From NCBI GenBank assembly GCA_002269645.1, contig NIVC01000506.1, positions 62,001 through 126,000 on the forward strand: a stretch of DNA of 64,000 nt. Reading direction: 5' to 3'. Position 1 is the stretch's first letter; every line of letters begins with the position of its first letter. Made by a program: the position numbers and the translations under genes. Origin of the DNA: Macrostomum lignano. Its lineage: Eukaryota. Shown in pieces: positions 49,301-61,792 of the stretch. The notes beneath the pieces were generated by a model. It was not told the origin of the DNA and made no database searches. It was given only the letters and a program-made list of their open reading frames with translations.

Positions 49301-50082
49301 TCTCCACAGTCTTCCAGAACGAAGTCCTTGCCATCAGCTCTTGCGCTGCAGAGCTGAATGCCAAGGGTACGAGAGGAAAGACTATTGTCATCCACTCCGA
49401 CAGCCAAGCGGCCTTACAGGCCCTTTGCCACACCACAACGAACTCCCGGACAGTCGCCGACTGCGCCCGGCAGCTCAACCTCCTGGCCAGTAGCAATACT
49501 GTCAGGCTGAAGTGGATCCCAGGGCACGCAGGCTTTCCGGGGAACGAGCTGGCAGACACCCTCGCCAAGAGGGGCGGCTCTGGCTCTTTCTTCGGCCCTG
49601 CCCCCCTGGTCCCTATGCTCTTGACAGTCATCAATCGTCAGATCGACGACTGGGCTGACTCCCTCCACAGGGACAGATGGGCGAGCACCCAAAACTGCCG
49701 GCAATCTCGTGCCGCGGTTCCCTGCCCGTCTCGCAGGCTCAGAAACATCCTTCTGAACCAGAATCGGAAGGATATTCAAGCCCTTGTCATGACCCTTACT
49801 GGCCATGGCTACCTCGCCGGGCACTGCTTCCTCCGAGGTGACCTCGAGAGCGAACTTTGCCCCTTTTGCGAGTACGACAATGAAGATGCTCAGCACTTTG
49901 TTTGTCACTGCCCTTTCTTTAACAGAGACCGGCTACGCTACCTCGGGCCGAACCCGTCCATTGACGAGGTCTGCCAGCCCGACAGCATCCCACGGCTCAT
50001 CCAGTTCCTTCGGGCGACAAGACAATCCACTTTCTTCCCCGCGGAAGATCACGCTGCAGGACGGACCGGCGGACCACCCTGA
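46371..50082 (+). pseudogene. LINE ORF2 (AP endonuclease, reverse transcriptase, RNase H, CCHC), disrupted
   Basis: APE motifs LQINL, LVQEPW, GDINAHH..WGS, SDH. RT motifs KAPGPDGI, QGGVLSPVLWN, GYADD, KCLGITLD. RNase H motifs YTDGS, NEVLAI, SDSQAAL, WIPGH.G..GNE.AD. CPFC..E...HFVCHC. Frameshifts near 47270, 47920 and 48105, and a TGA replacing W near 48211. Confidence 0.92.
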
Positions 50083-50855
50083 CCGGCCCCACGCCTCTGC
50101 CTGTCTGCGGGCCTTCAGGGGCTGGCGGAATGGGCGACCCTCGCCTCCCCGCTGTGTCTACGGACCACCCTGCAGCTAAGTCAAGTAAGACCCTGAAGCT
50201 CCCGCTGACCCTGAAGCTCACAATGACACTGAAGCTCCCGTTGACCCTGAAGCTCACAATGACACTGAAGCTCCCGCTGACCCTGAAGCTCCCGCTGACC
50301 CTGAAGCTCACAATGACACTGAAGCTCCCGTTGACCCTGAAGCTCACAATGACACTGAAGTTCCCACTGACCCTGAAGCTCCCGCTGACCCTGAAGCTCC
50401 CGCTGAACCTGAAGCTCACAATAACCCTGAAGCTCACAATGACACTGAAGTTCCCACTGACCCTGAAGCTCCCTCTGACCCTGAAGCTCTTCTTGACCCT
50501 GAAGCTCCCGCTGACCCTGAAGCTCTTCTTGACCCTGAAGCTCTTCTTGACCCTGAAGCTCTTCTTGACCCTCAAGCTCCCGCTGACCCTGAAGCTCCCG
50601 CTGACCCTCAAGCTCACAATGACACTGAAGCTCCCGCTGACCCTGAAGCTCCCAATGACCCTGAAGCTCACAATGACACTGAAGCTCCCGTTGACCCTGA
50701 AGCTCACAATGACACTGAAGCTCCCGTTGACCCTGAAGCTCCCGTTGACCCTGAAGCTCCCAATGACCCTGAAGCTCCCGATGACTTAAAACTCCTTATT
50801 AGTTGAAGCTTTCAATGACCCTGAGGTATGAAAATTTCAAAATTTCGATTGGGTA

Positions 50856-51172
50856 GCAGCTGTGAGCTGCAGTTCACCAACTTTTCTGTGATGGGTTGGC
50901 AGCTGTGAGCTGCAGTTCACCAACTTTTCTGTGATGGGTTGGCAGCTGTGAGCTGCAGTTCACCAACTTTTCTGTGATGGGTTGGCAGCTGTGAGCTGCA
51001 GTTCACCAACTTTTCTGTGATGGGTTGGCAGCTGTGAGCTGCAGTTCACCAACTTTTCTGTGATGGAGTGATAGCTGTGAGCTGCAGTTCACCAACTTTT
51101 CTGTGATGGGGTGGCAGCTGTGAGCTGCAGTTCACCAACTTTTCTGTGATGGGGTGGCAGCTGTGAGCAGCA
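50856..51172. repeat. 43-bp tandem repeat, about 7 copies
   Basis: Unit GCAGCTGTGAGCTGCAGTTCACCAACTTTTCTGTGATGGGTTG. Confidence 0.96.
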
Positions 51173-51561
51173 GCTGACTAGGATAGCAGGAGTGAATGTT
51201 TTGAGCAGGCTAGCTGAGATTATTGAGACTGAGAAATGGGCTTAAGTCGCTGATAACAAACATGGTTGATTTCGATAACTACACTGCGAGATTCGAGGGA
51301 TGACGGAAGATAAGAAATCAATCGATGTGTTGATTGTACAAATAAAGTAAACCCAGGGCGCTGAGAAATCAAAAGATAAGAACATTTAGAAGGGTCAAAG
51401 GAATTATTCAGTTCTTGCCCAGATGAACGAAGCGCTCAGAACTCGGATGCGCTGTCCACTATACAGCTTGCCGTAATTTTACCTTCACGTGTACAATTTT
51501 TAATTGTTTTAAAGGAATAACGAAAACAGTGTAAAAATTTCAAATTAGTTCAAAAGCAATG

Positions 51562-52060
51562 GTTCTCCAGCCGGTGAGCCATCGACCCGTCGGCTTCGCG
51601 TCTGTTGATCGTGAACTGGCACTGGTAGGCTGATGCTGCGGGCAGCTGGGCGAGCACCATCAGCATCAGGCAGGTGCACAGGGTCAGGGAGGTTCGGTGA
51701 GCTGCGGCTGCCATGGCGAAATTCACTTCTGAAACAATTTTGCTGTCAGGAAAATCGTCAGAGATTCGAAATTGTCGATTCTCCCAGCCCTCCCGAGCGC
51801 AGCAATTTATCCGCCTGGGGTGCGCGGCTCTGCGACCAATCGCGAAGCTCCAAGTCGGAATGTAGAAACAGTTGGATACAATCACAGATACTAGATTTAA
51901 TGGATACAAGATACGACATGCAAGATAAGATAAGATTAGATACTAGATACAATCACAGATACAAGAGTTATTCTAGTATCTGTGGGTATAATGGGATTGT
52001 TGCAATTTTTCGTTGTAATTTGCTTCCGCGTTGCTTAAATAATGAGCAGCTGTGAAGCGC
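51562..52060 (-). pseudogene. Inverted, 3'-truncated duplicate of the Ly6-like gene (upstream region plus first about 50 codons)
   Basis: Reverse complement of 43357-43855 (499 bp, about 3 mismatches by eye). The reading frame ends ...HRLENHCF*. Confidence 0.9.
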
Positions 52061-52189
52061 AGTGAAAGCGTTTAAGACAAAAATTTAATGTTCACGAGAG
52101 CTTTAATGATACCGGAAACTTCAGGTTCAGGAAGAGTTTCAGGTGTTAAGGAGACCCTCCAGGCTAGAAAAAAACCGAGCTTCAATGTG

Positions 52190-53437
52190 AGGAGGAGCTT
52201 CAGTGTGAGGAGGAGCTTCAATGTGAGGAGGAGCTTCAGTGTGAGGAGGAGCTTCAGTGTGAGGAGGAGCTTCAGTGTGAGGAGGAGCTTCAGTGTGAGG
52301 AGGAGCTTCAGTGTGAGGAGGAGCTTCAGTGTGAGGAGGAGCTTCAATGTGAGGAGGAGCTTCAGTGTGAGGAGGAGCTTCAGTGTGAGGAGGAGCTTCA
52401 ATGTGAGGAGGAGCTTCAGTGTGAGGAGGAGCTTCAGTGTGAGGAGGAGCTTCAATGTGAGGAGGAGCTTCAGTGTGAGGAGGAGCTTCAGTGTGAGGAG
52501 GAGCTTCAATGTGAGGAGGAGCTTCAGTGTGAGGAGGAGCTTCAGTGTGAGGAGGAGCTTCAATGTGAGGAGGAGCTTCAGAGTGAGGAGGAGCTTCAGT
52601 GTGAGGAGGAGCTTCAGTGTGAGGAGGAGCTTCAGTGTGAGGAGGAGCTTCAGAGTGAGGAGGAGCTTCAGTGTGAGGAGGAGCTTCAGTGTGAGGAGGA
52701 GCTTCAGTGTGAGGAGGAGCTTCAGAGTGAGGAGGAGCTTCAGTGTGAGGAGGAGCTTCAGTGTGAGGTGGAGCTTCAGTGTGAGGTGGAGCTTCAAGGG
52801 GGGCCGTAGCCCAGCGGTAGCGCAGCTGCTCTGGTGTACCAGCGACCCAGGCTCGATTCCAAGTGCAGTCACATTAATTTGGGGCTGAATTGGAATATCG
52901 GCTTGGCTCTGTTCGTGCAATTAATGGCCTTGAGAGCCAACCCCCCAAGGCGCAGTGAAGTGTACATGCCTAGCTATAATATAAGGTTAGGGCCGCTGTA
53001 CACTCCTGTGTGAGTGTGTGCCTGCGTACATATCCGCGCGCTTGTGTGCCTGCTCAGGGGAGTCGGCGGAATGGGCAGTAATGCCTCTTGCCGGTTGTGT
53101 GCCTATGTTGCTTAAAGTGCGCCAGGGTGCACACAACCCCCCCTGCCTCTAATAAAAAAAGGAGGAGCTTCAGTGTGAGGTGGAGCTTCAGTGTGAGGAG
53201 GAGCTTCAGTGTGAGGAGGAGCTTCAGTGTGAGGTGGAGCTTCAGTGTGAGGTGGAGCTTCAGTGTGAGGAGGAGCTTCAGTGTGAGGAGGAGCTTCAGT
53301 GTGAGGTGGAGCTTCAGTGTGAGGAGGAGCTTCAGTGTGAGGAGGAGCTTCAGTGTGAGGTGGAGCTTCAGTGTGAGGAGGAGCTTCAGTGTGAGGTGGA
53401 GCTTCAGTGTGAGGAGGAGCTTCAGTGTGAGGAGGAG
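52190..53437 (-). repeat. 18-bp minisatellite (GAGGAGGAGCTTCAGTGT on +), split by a SINE
   Basis: The reverse complement ACACTGAAGCTCCTCCTC shares the TGAAGCTC core of the 44260/50189 array. Confidence 0.95.
52798..53160 (+). mobile_element. tRNA-derived SINE, copy 2 (CpG-rich, younger-looking)
   Basis: A box TAGCCCAGCGG, B-box-like GGCTCGATTCC, AATAAAAAAA tail. Colinear with 5961-6303. Confidence 0.9.
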
Positions 53438-53454
53438 CGAAAGGTGGAGGTTAC

Positions 53455-53760
53455 ACTTGATGCTTGTGTTTGGTGCATTTGATGCTTGTGTTTGGTGCAC
53501 TTGATACTTGTGTCTGCTGCACTTGATGCTTGTGTCTGCTGCACTTGATGCTTGTGTCTGCTGCACTTGATGCTTGTGTCTGCTGCACTGGATGCTTGTG
53601 CCTGCTGCACTTGATGCTTGTATCTGCTGCACTGGATGCTTGTGTCTGCTGCACTTGATGCTTGTATCTGTTGCACTGGATGCTTGTGTCTGCTACACTT
53701 GATGCTTGTGTCTGCTGCACTGGATGCTTGTGTTTGTTGCACTGGATGCTTGTGTCTGCA
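53455..53760 (-). repeat. 22-bp minisatellite, reverse complement of 41702-43248
   Basis: Unit CACTTGATGCTTGTGTCTGCTG. Confidence 0.95.
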
Positions 53761-54134
53761 GTGCAATCTTCCTACTGATTCTCACTGCCCTTCGAATTAA
53801 AATTGAGGCACCAGTAAAATCAACAAGTAAACTTTTTATAGCTTGTACAGTACGATATTTTGCGAGTCACAAAGCAGCGAGTTCACTATCCGTGAGCAGT
53901 TCCCTCAAATATCCTTCAATATACCTCAAAAGGTAACAAACAAGGCAATAAAGCCACTTTGTCATTTTTTCACAGAAAAATTGCTCATGAAGTTTCGCAT
54001 TGTCCAATCAGCTCCATCGTGGTAGGACGTTAGTTGAAAAGCTGAAGCATGCAGATAAACTAATACAGGTAAAATAAACCGATTGAATAAGCATACAGCA
54101 GGGGAGACACAAGGAGAATGAAGTAGACAAGTTA

Positions 54135-55027
54135 GAGAGAAGGGGTAGAGAGGAGGGTAGAGAGGAGGGTAGAGAGTAGGGTAGAGAGGAGGGTAGAGAG
54201 GAGGGTAGAGAGGAGGGTAGAGAGGAGGGTAGACAGGAGGGTAGAGAGGAGGGTAGAAAGAAGGGTAGAGAAGAGGGTAGACACGAGGGTAGAGACAAGG
54301 GTAGACAGGAGGGTAGAGAGGAGGGTAGAGAGGAGGGTAGAGAGAAGGGTAGAGAGAAGGGTAGAGAAGAGGGTAGACACGAGGGTAGAGACAAGGGTAG
54401 ACAGGAGGGTAGAGAGGAGGGTAGAGAGGAGGGTAGAGAGGAGGGTAGAGAGGAGGGTAGAGACAAGGGTAGACAGGAGGGTAGAGAGGAGGGTAGAGAG
54501 GAGGGTAGAGAGGAGGGTAGACAGGAGGGTAGAGAGGAGGGTAGAGAGAAGGGTAGAGAAGAGGGTAGACACGAGGGTAGAGACAAGGGTAGACAGGAGG
54601 GTAGAGAGGAGGGTAGAGAGGAGGGTAGAGAGAAGGGTAGAGAGAAAGGTAGAGAAGAGGGTAGACACGAGGGTAGAGACAAGGGTAGACAGGAGGGTAG
54701 AGAGGAGGGTAGAGAGGAGGGTAGAGAGGAGGGTAGAGAGGAGGGTAGAGACAAGGGTAGACAGGAGGGTAGAGAGGAGGGTAGAGAGGAGGGTAGAGAG
54801 GAGGGTAGAGAGGAGGGTAGAGAGGAGGGTAGAGAGGAGGGTAGAGAGGAGGGTAGAGAGGAGGGTAGAGAGGAGGGTAGAGAGGACGGTAGACAGGAGG
54901 GTAGACAGGAGGGTAGAGAGGAGGGTAGAGAGAAGGGTAGAGAAGAGGGTAGACACGAGGGTAGAGACAAGGGTAGACAGGAGGGTAGAGAGGAGGGTAG
55001 AGAGGAGGGTAGAGAGGAGGGTAGAGG
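54135..55027. repeat. 12-bp purine-rich minisatellite (AGGGTAGAGAGG)
   Basis: About 74 copies, just downstream of the zinc-finger gene stop. Confidence 0.97.
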
Positions 55028-55085
55028 ATGTTGTCACTAGCCAGACCAGTCCGGTGATGCTGCAGGCCAGCTGCGGCCCCCCAAG

Positions 55086-57102
<2,017 letters not shown>

Positions 57103-59964
57103 TCAATTTTTTCTATCGCGGATTCGCGAGACCCACAGAAGCCAACTTTGCCAGCCAATGAAAACCAAGCTAAATTGGTAGATGGTAACTTGGTAGATGG
57201 ACGACCGTGAATGGAGGGCTGAATCTGATGAGGCAGTGCTGCCATGCTTATTTCTGGAATGGTCGAGTCTGTAAAACGTAGACAATTCTTTCCGATCAAG
57301 GTTATGTTGAGAGATTGTAAGAGTGTTCAAGGTGTCAAAGTTTCAACCGTTGGAATCTGCACCAACTGGAAGTCTGACTGGCGGACTCTCTTGTTATATC
57401 CAATCGCATATAATTGTTTTATGAAGACCTGCATGTACGAGCTAGGAGATCTACTTCTAAGAAGCAAGAGATTCTTCTGAACTGTTTTTAATTTCGATTT
57501 CAGTTTAGCGTGACCCGCAGGCAGCGACTGTCAATCAACCCCTGGGACCAGATCCCAAATCCTGGAAGCTGGCCGGAAGTCACAGTTGGTGACAAAACCG
57601 CTTGTCCAGCAAGTTTCATTGGCTGCTTAAGAAGCCGATCGAACGGGCAGTCTGCAATTTAGTGCGAAATTTCCGGCAGCCCCCACTAGCGGGCTGTCAC
57701 GCGATCCCAGCACCGTCGACAAGCATTGCATGGTCAGCTCTGCAATGCCCACTTGAGCCTCAAATTGCTGGTGCGACACTTTCGTCACTTAAATCACTCA
57801 ACCGCGTTGAGGAAAGCATCTCAACAACAATGAAGTCTAGTGCTGCTACTTTTCTGACCAAAACATGCATGCTGTGTGCTCGTCTTGTAATCGCATTTTC
57901 ACTGATGGGCCCTGCATGGTAACGCCCACGTCGAGATAATATAAATTATTGCGCTCATAGAAAACTAAATGAAACAGGTAACCAAGCTTGAGGAATGACA
58001 GAAGCTCAAATTTTGACACCAACTTGGGGCAGCAACAAAACACGGGTGACCGCTCAAATGGGTGTCACCAGTTCATCAGAACGGCTGAGATAAAAACTCC
58101 TGTTTCTGGACTCGACGGTTACTAATTGCCTGTTTACCTTTCCTTACACCCGCACTGCATATTTCCGCAAGTTAGAACCCTGGAAAGTGTGCATAGCAAT
58201 ATGCAGAATTAAATATAGAAACACTTTCACTAAAAATCACTGCTTGCACCTCCCAGGAATTCAGCTGTCTTCACAAGCGGGCCATTGCCTTCACTCATAT
58301 CATTCAAGGGGTAACCAGAACCGGTCTATGACTTCCGGCAATTTGACTTCCAGCATTTTGACTGCCAGCCATCTGACTTCCGGCAATTCGACTGCCAGCC
58401 ATCTGACTTCCGGCAATTTGGCTTCGGCAATGCAACTTTATTGCAAGCCATTGGACCAATTGTCGTGTGTACTGCGAGAATCTTACGTAAATTACCTTTA
58501 ATTATCATCAAATATTAATTACATTGTTTTCGTTCTATTTTTAATCAGGTTTTTCAAGGTGCTATTAGTTAGAGTTTATTATTGCGAAACAGTTCAAAAC
58601 AACTAGATGCATTTCCAAACCAGTGTGACTCAGCGGAGGGACAACTTGGCTATGTACCCCGGCTTTGCGCGGCCAGCCAATCAGAACGCGGCAAACCAAC
58701 TCTACCCGGCCTGAGAGCGCGCCGCGGGTTCAGTGCAATTTGGATTATCGAGCGGCCAGACACCCACCACCCGGCTTGAGGGGGGAGGTTTTGGAGTGGC
58801 TACGAGCGTATATATAAAAGTATGTCTTTGGCGGTCGGATCTCATATTTTCTGGCTCCTCTGGTTTCCGCCCATCTCCCGGCCGTTTTGCCATCTGCCGC
58901 GTTTTGAGGCACCTTTATCGAGCCGAGCCCGGCCCATTATTTTGTTCCCGCTGCCCGACCGCAATAGCCTTGCCGGCGTAATATTCGCGACAACCTTGTT
59001 CAGAGTTTGTCGTCGGCAAGCGCGGTCTAGATAGGAACTGTCGGTTGGACACAGTACGCGACCTCGATTCCGAGGGCCCCAATGTTTCACGGAAAGGCAT
59101 ATCTGGTACTGTCGAGCCGTCAGTGTCCTCGTCATGAAGTAGGCGTTGGGATTGGGCCAGTGGTGTCTGGGGAGCTTTTCCGTTAGTCTCGTTTTCCGGC
59201 TTCATTCCTTCCGCCTTCTTCCAGAGCTGAGATCACCAATTTGCGTCGACTATATTTATATTATATTATTATTATTCGAGTATTAAATTGAGTTGCGAAT
59301 TTTTATCTATAATCTGTGTAACTCTGAGAGTTGATTATTGTACTTCTTCTTGTAAATAGGACTGATAGCTTTAAAATCTCTAATCGCTCCAGTAGGTCTG
59401 TCTCGGGCCTAAACTATTTGCCGTATCGCAATATATCAAATATTACACGTGCTCACAACTGAAGCTCCCTCAGCCTCGTCAATTCTCTAGCTGATTCTCA
59501 CTAGTCATTCGCAGAAACCTTCAGTGCATCGACACTGAAGAATGAAAATAAAAAAATTGAGAATTCCACATATACAGAGAAAATATATGAAACTGTTCAA
59601 AGCATTGCAGCTCTGATCCTGCACGAACAAATTTATTTGACAAAAAGCACAGCAGCAGCAACCTAGCTTACGAAATTGATTTCATAGGGAGACAAATGCA
59701 ACGCAACGCCATAAACTGCACGCGAACCTTCAGCTTGGTTATGAATTAATAATCAATGCCACATCTTACACGGCTTACAGCTTCAACTGTGAAAGCTCAG
59801 CTGAGAAAATGAAATTCGTAGGAAAGAAACGGCAATAAATTTGAACCCGACGTGGAAAGCACATGAAAAATAGTTTTTTTATGCTATGGTCAACATGCTA
59901 CTCGGATGAATTGATATTTTCATAATTTTGTGTACACCAAATCTTGCTACGCTTAGTAGATCGG

Positions 59965-61155
59965 CTATTTGACACTCGTTAAGCCAAGATTTGACACTCG
60001 TTAGCCAAGATTTGACACTCGATAGCCAAGATTTAACACTCGATAGCCAAGATTTGACACTCCATAGCCAAGATTTGACACTCGATAGCCAAGATTTGAC
60101 ACTCGTTAGCCAAGATTTGACACTCGATAGCCAAGATTTGACACTCGATAGCCAAGATTTTACACTCGTTAGCCAAGATTTGACACTCGATAGCCAAGAT
60201 TTGACACTCGATAGCCAAGATTTGACACTCGATAGCCAAGATTTGACACTCGTTAGCCAAGATTTGACACTCGATAGCTAAGATTTGACACTCGTTAAGC
60301 CAAGATTTGACACTCGATAGCCAAGATTTGACACTCGTCAGCTAAGATTTGACACTCGTTAGCTAAGATTTGACACTCGATAGCCAAGATTTGACACTCG
60401 ATAGCCAAGATTTGACACTCGATAGCCAAGATTTGACACTCGTTAGCCAAGATTTGACACTCGATAGCCAAGATTTGACACTCGACAGCTAAGATTTGAC
60501 ACTCGTTAAGCCAAGATTTGACACTCGATAGCCAAGATTTGACACTCGTTAGCCAAGATTTGACACTCGATAGCCAAGATTTGACACTCGTCAGCTAAGA
60601 TTTGACACTCGTTAGCTAAGCACTCGAAGATTTGACACTCGATAGCCAAGATTTGACACTCGATAGCCAAGATTTGACACTCGTTAGCCAAGATTTGACA
60701 CTCGATAGCCAAGATTTGACACTCGACAGCTAAGATTTGACACTCGTTAAGCCAAGATTTGACACTCGATAGCCAAGATTTGACACTCGTTAGCCAAGAT
60801 TTGACACTCGATAGCCAAGATTTGACACTCGTTAGCCAAGATTTGACACTCGATAGCCAAGATTTGACACTCGACAGCTAAGATTTGACACTCGTTAAGC
60901 CAAGATTTGACACTCGATAGCCAAGATTTGACACTCGTTAGCCAAGATTTGACACTCGATAGCCAAGATTTGACACTCGTCAGCTAAGATTTGACACTCG
61001 TTAGCTAAGATTTGACACTCGATAGCCAAGATTTGACACTCGATAGCCAAGATTTGACACTCGTTAGCCAAGATTTTACACTCGATAGCCAAGATTTGAC
61101 ACTCGTCAGCTAAGATTTGACACTCGTTAGCTAAGATTTGACACTCGTTAAGCCA
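59965..61155. repeat. 21-bp minisatellite (GATAGCCAAGATTTGACACTC)
   Basis: About 56 copies, starting about 8 bp downstream of the LSm10-like stop codon. Confidence 0.97.
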
Positions 61156-61162
61156 AGAAGAA

Positions 61163-61792
61163 TCACCGATCCGCTTGAGCCGGGCCTGACTCATCCACCT
61201 CCTGCTCTGCGGTCTCAGCCTCACGCCTAAAGTTCTCCTTATCCTCGCGCTCCCCATCAGCTCCGACCGCAGCGGCGGCGGCGAACTCGAACTCAGCGAA
61301 GTGCTGACCGTCGGTGGCAGACCGCAGTTTCCTACGCAGAGCCTCCCGCTGGCCGAAGGTCATGCGGCTCAGCAGCCGCTGATCGGCAGCCGCGGCAGCC
61401 AGCTCGGCAGCGCCGGCCTCGGCCAGCAGTCGGTCAATGTCCGGCTTGGCCTCCCGGCGCCGCCCGGGCTGGCCGGACACTGTCGACGCCTCCGCCGCTT
61501 GTTGGACTGCGGCAGCCGTGTCGAAGAACTCCGGCAGGCGGATGAGGCGCACGCGGCTGCCGCGCACCCTGACCAGCCCGAGAGGCTGCGCCTGCGAAGG
61601 CCGGGCATCCTCGGGCTGCGCCACCGCCTCGGCCAGCAGCACGCCCAAGGAGGAGTCGAACTCTTCCAGCCGGCCTTGGACACGGCCGCCGCCGAGCAGG
61701 TCAACGCGAAGCTGCTGACCAACGAGGGGAGGCAGCAGGCAGGCCAAGCCGCTGGTCTGGCGGAGCTGCTCACGGCGCAGGCTGTGCAGCAT
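61163..61792 (-). CDS. LSM10: Sm-fold protein most similar to U7 snRNP LSm10, with about 100-aa C-terminal extension (209 aa)
   Basis: MLHSLRREQ..SGLACLL..LVGQQLRVDL....V.GRL..FD (Sm1) and LVRVRGSRVRLIRLP..FD (Sm2) follow the LSm10 pattern as I recall it (HS.kE...SL..LL..L.G....VDL...G...VRY..IP). GC-rich single ORF. Confidence 0.7.
   Translation of the reverse strand: MLHSLRREQLRQTSGLACLLPPLVGQQLRVDLLGGGRVQGRLEEFDSSLGVLLAEAVAQPEDARPSQAQPLGLVRVRGSRVRLIRLPEFFDTAAAVQQAAEASTVSGQPGRRREAKPDIDRLLAEAGAAELAAAAADQRLLSRMTFGQREALRRKLRSATDGQHFAEFEFAAAAAVGADGEREDKENFRREAETAEQEVDESGPAQADR

Larger units (their letters stand above)
44439..50188 (+). mobile_element. Full-length (5750 bp) LOA/R1-group non-LTR retrotransposon with RNase H, inactivated
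   Basis: ORF1 plus ORF2 (APE, RT, RNase H, CCHC). Flanked by GACCCTGAAGCTC on both sides (44426-44438, 50189-50201; apparent 13-bp TSD within the repeat). 3' end reads TAAGTCAAGTAA. Confidence 0.9.
44260..50785 (+). repeat. 18-bp minisatellite (GACCCTGAAGCTCCCGCT variants) split by a LINE: 44260-44438 and 50189-50785
   Basis: The same unit is present on both sides of the LINE. Confidence 0.93.

Noticed and set aside
52798-52870. Possible genuine tRNA gene
   Set aside because: No convincing acceptor stem or anticodon arm, and an imperfect B box. It continues into a 290-bp body with a poly-A tail, and its sibling has a TSD, so it is a SINE.
58670-59205. GC-rich island with CCAAT (about 58677), TATATAAAAG (about 58810) and a 96-aa minus-strand ORF; possible promoter or 5' exon of the zinc-finger gene
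   Set aside because: The motifs are short and common, there is no recognisable protein motif, and I could not build a convincing in-frame splice to 56982.
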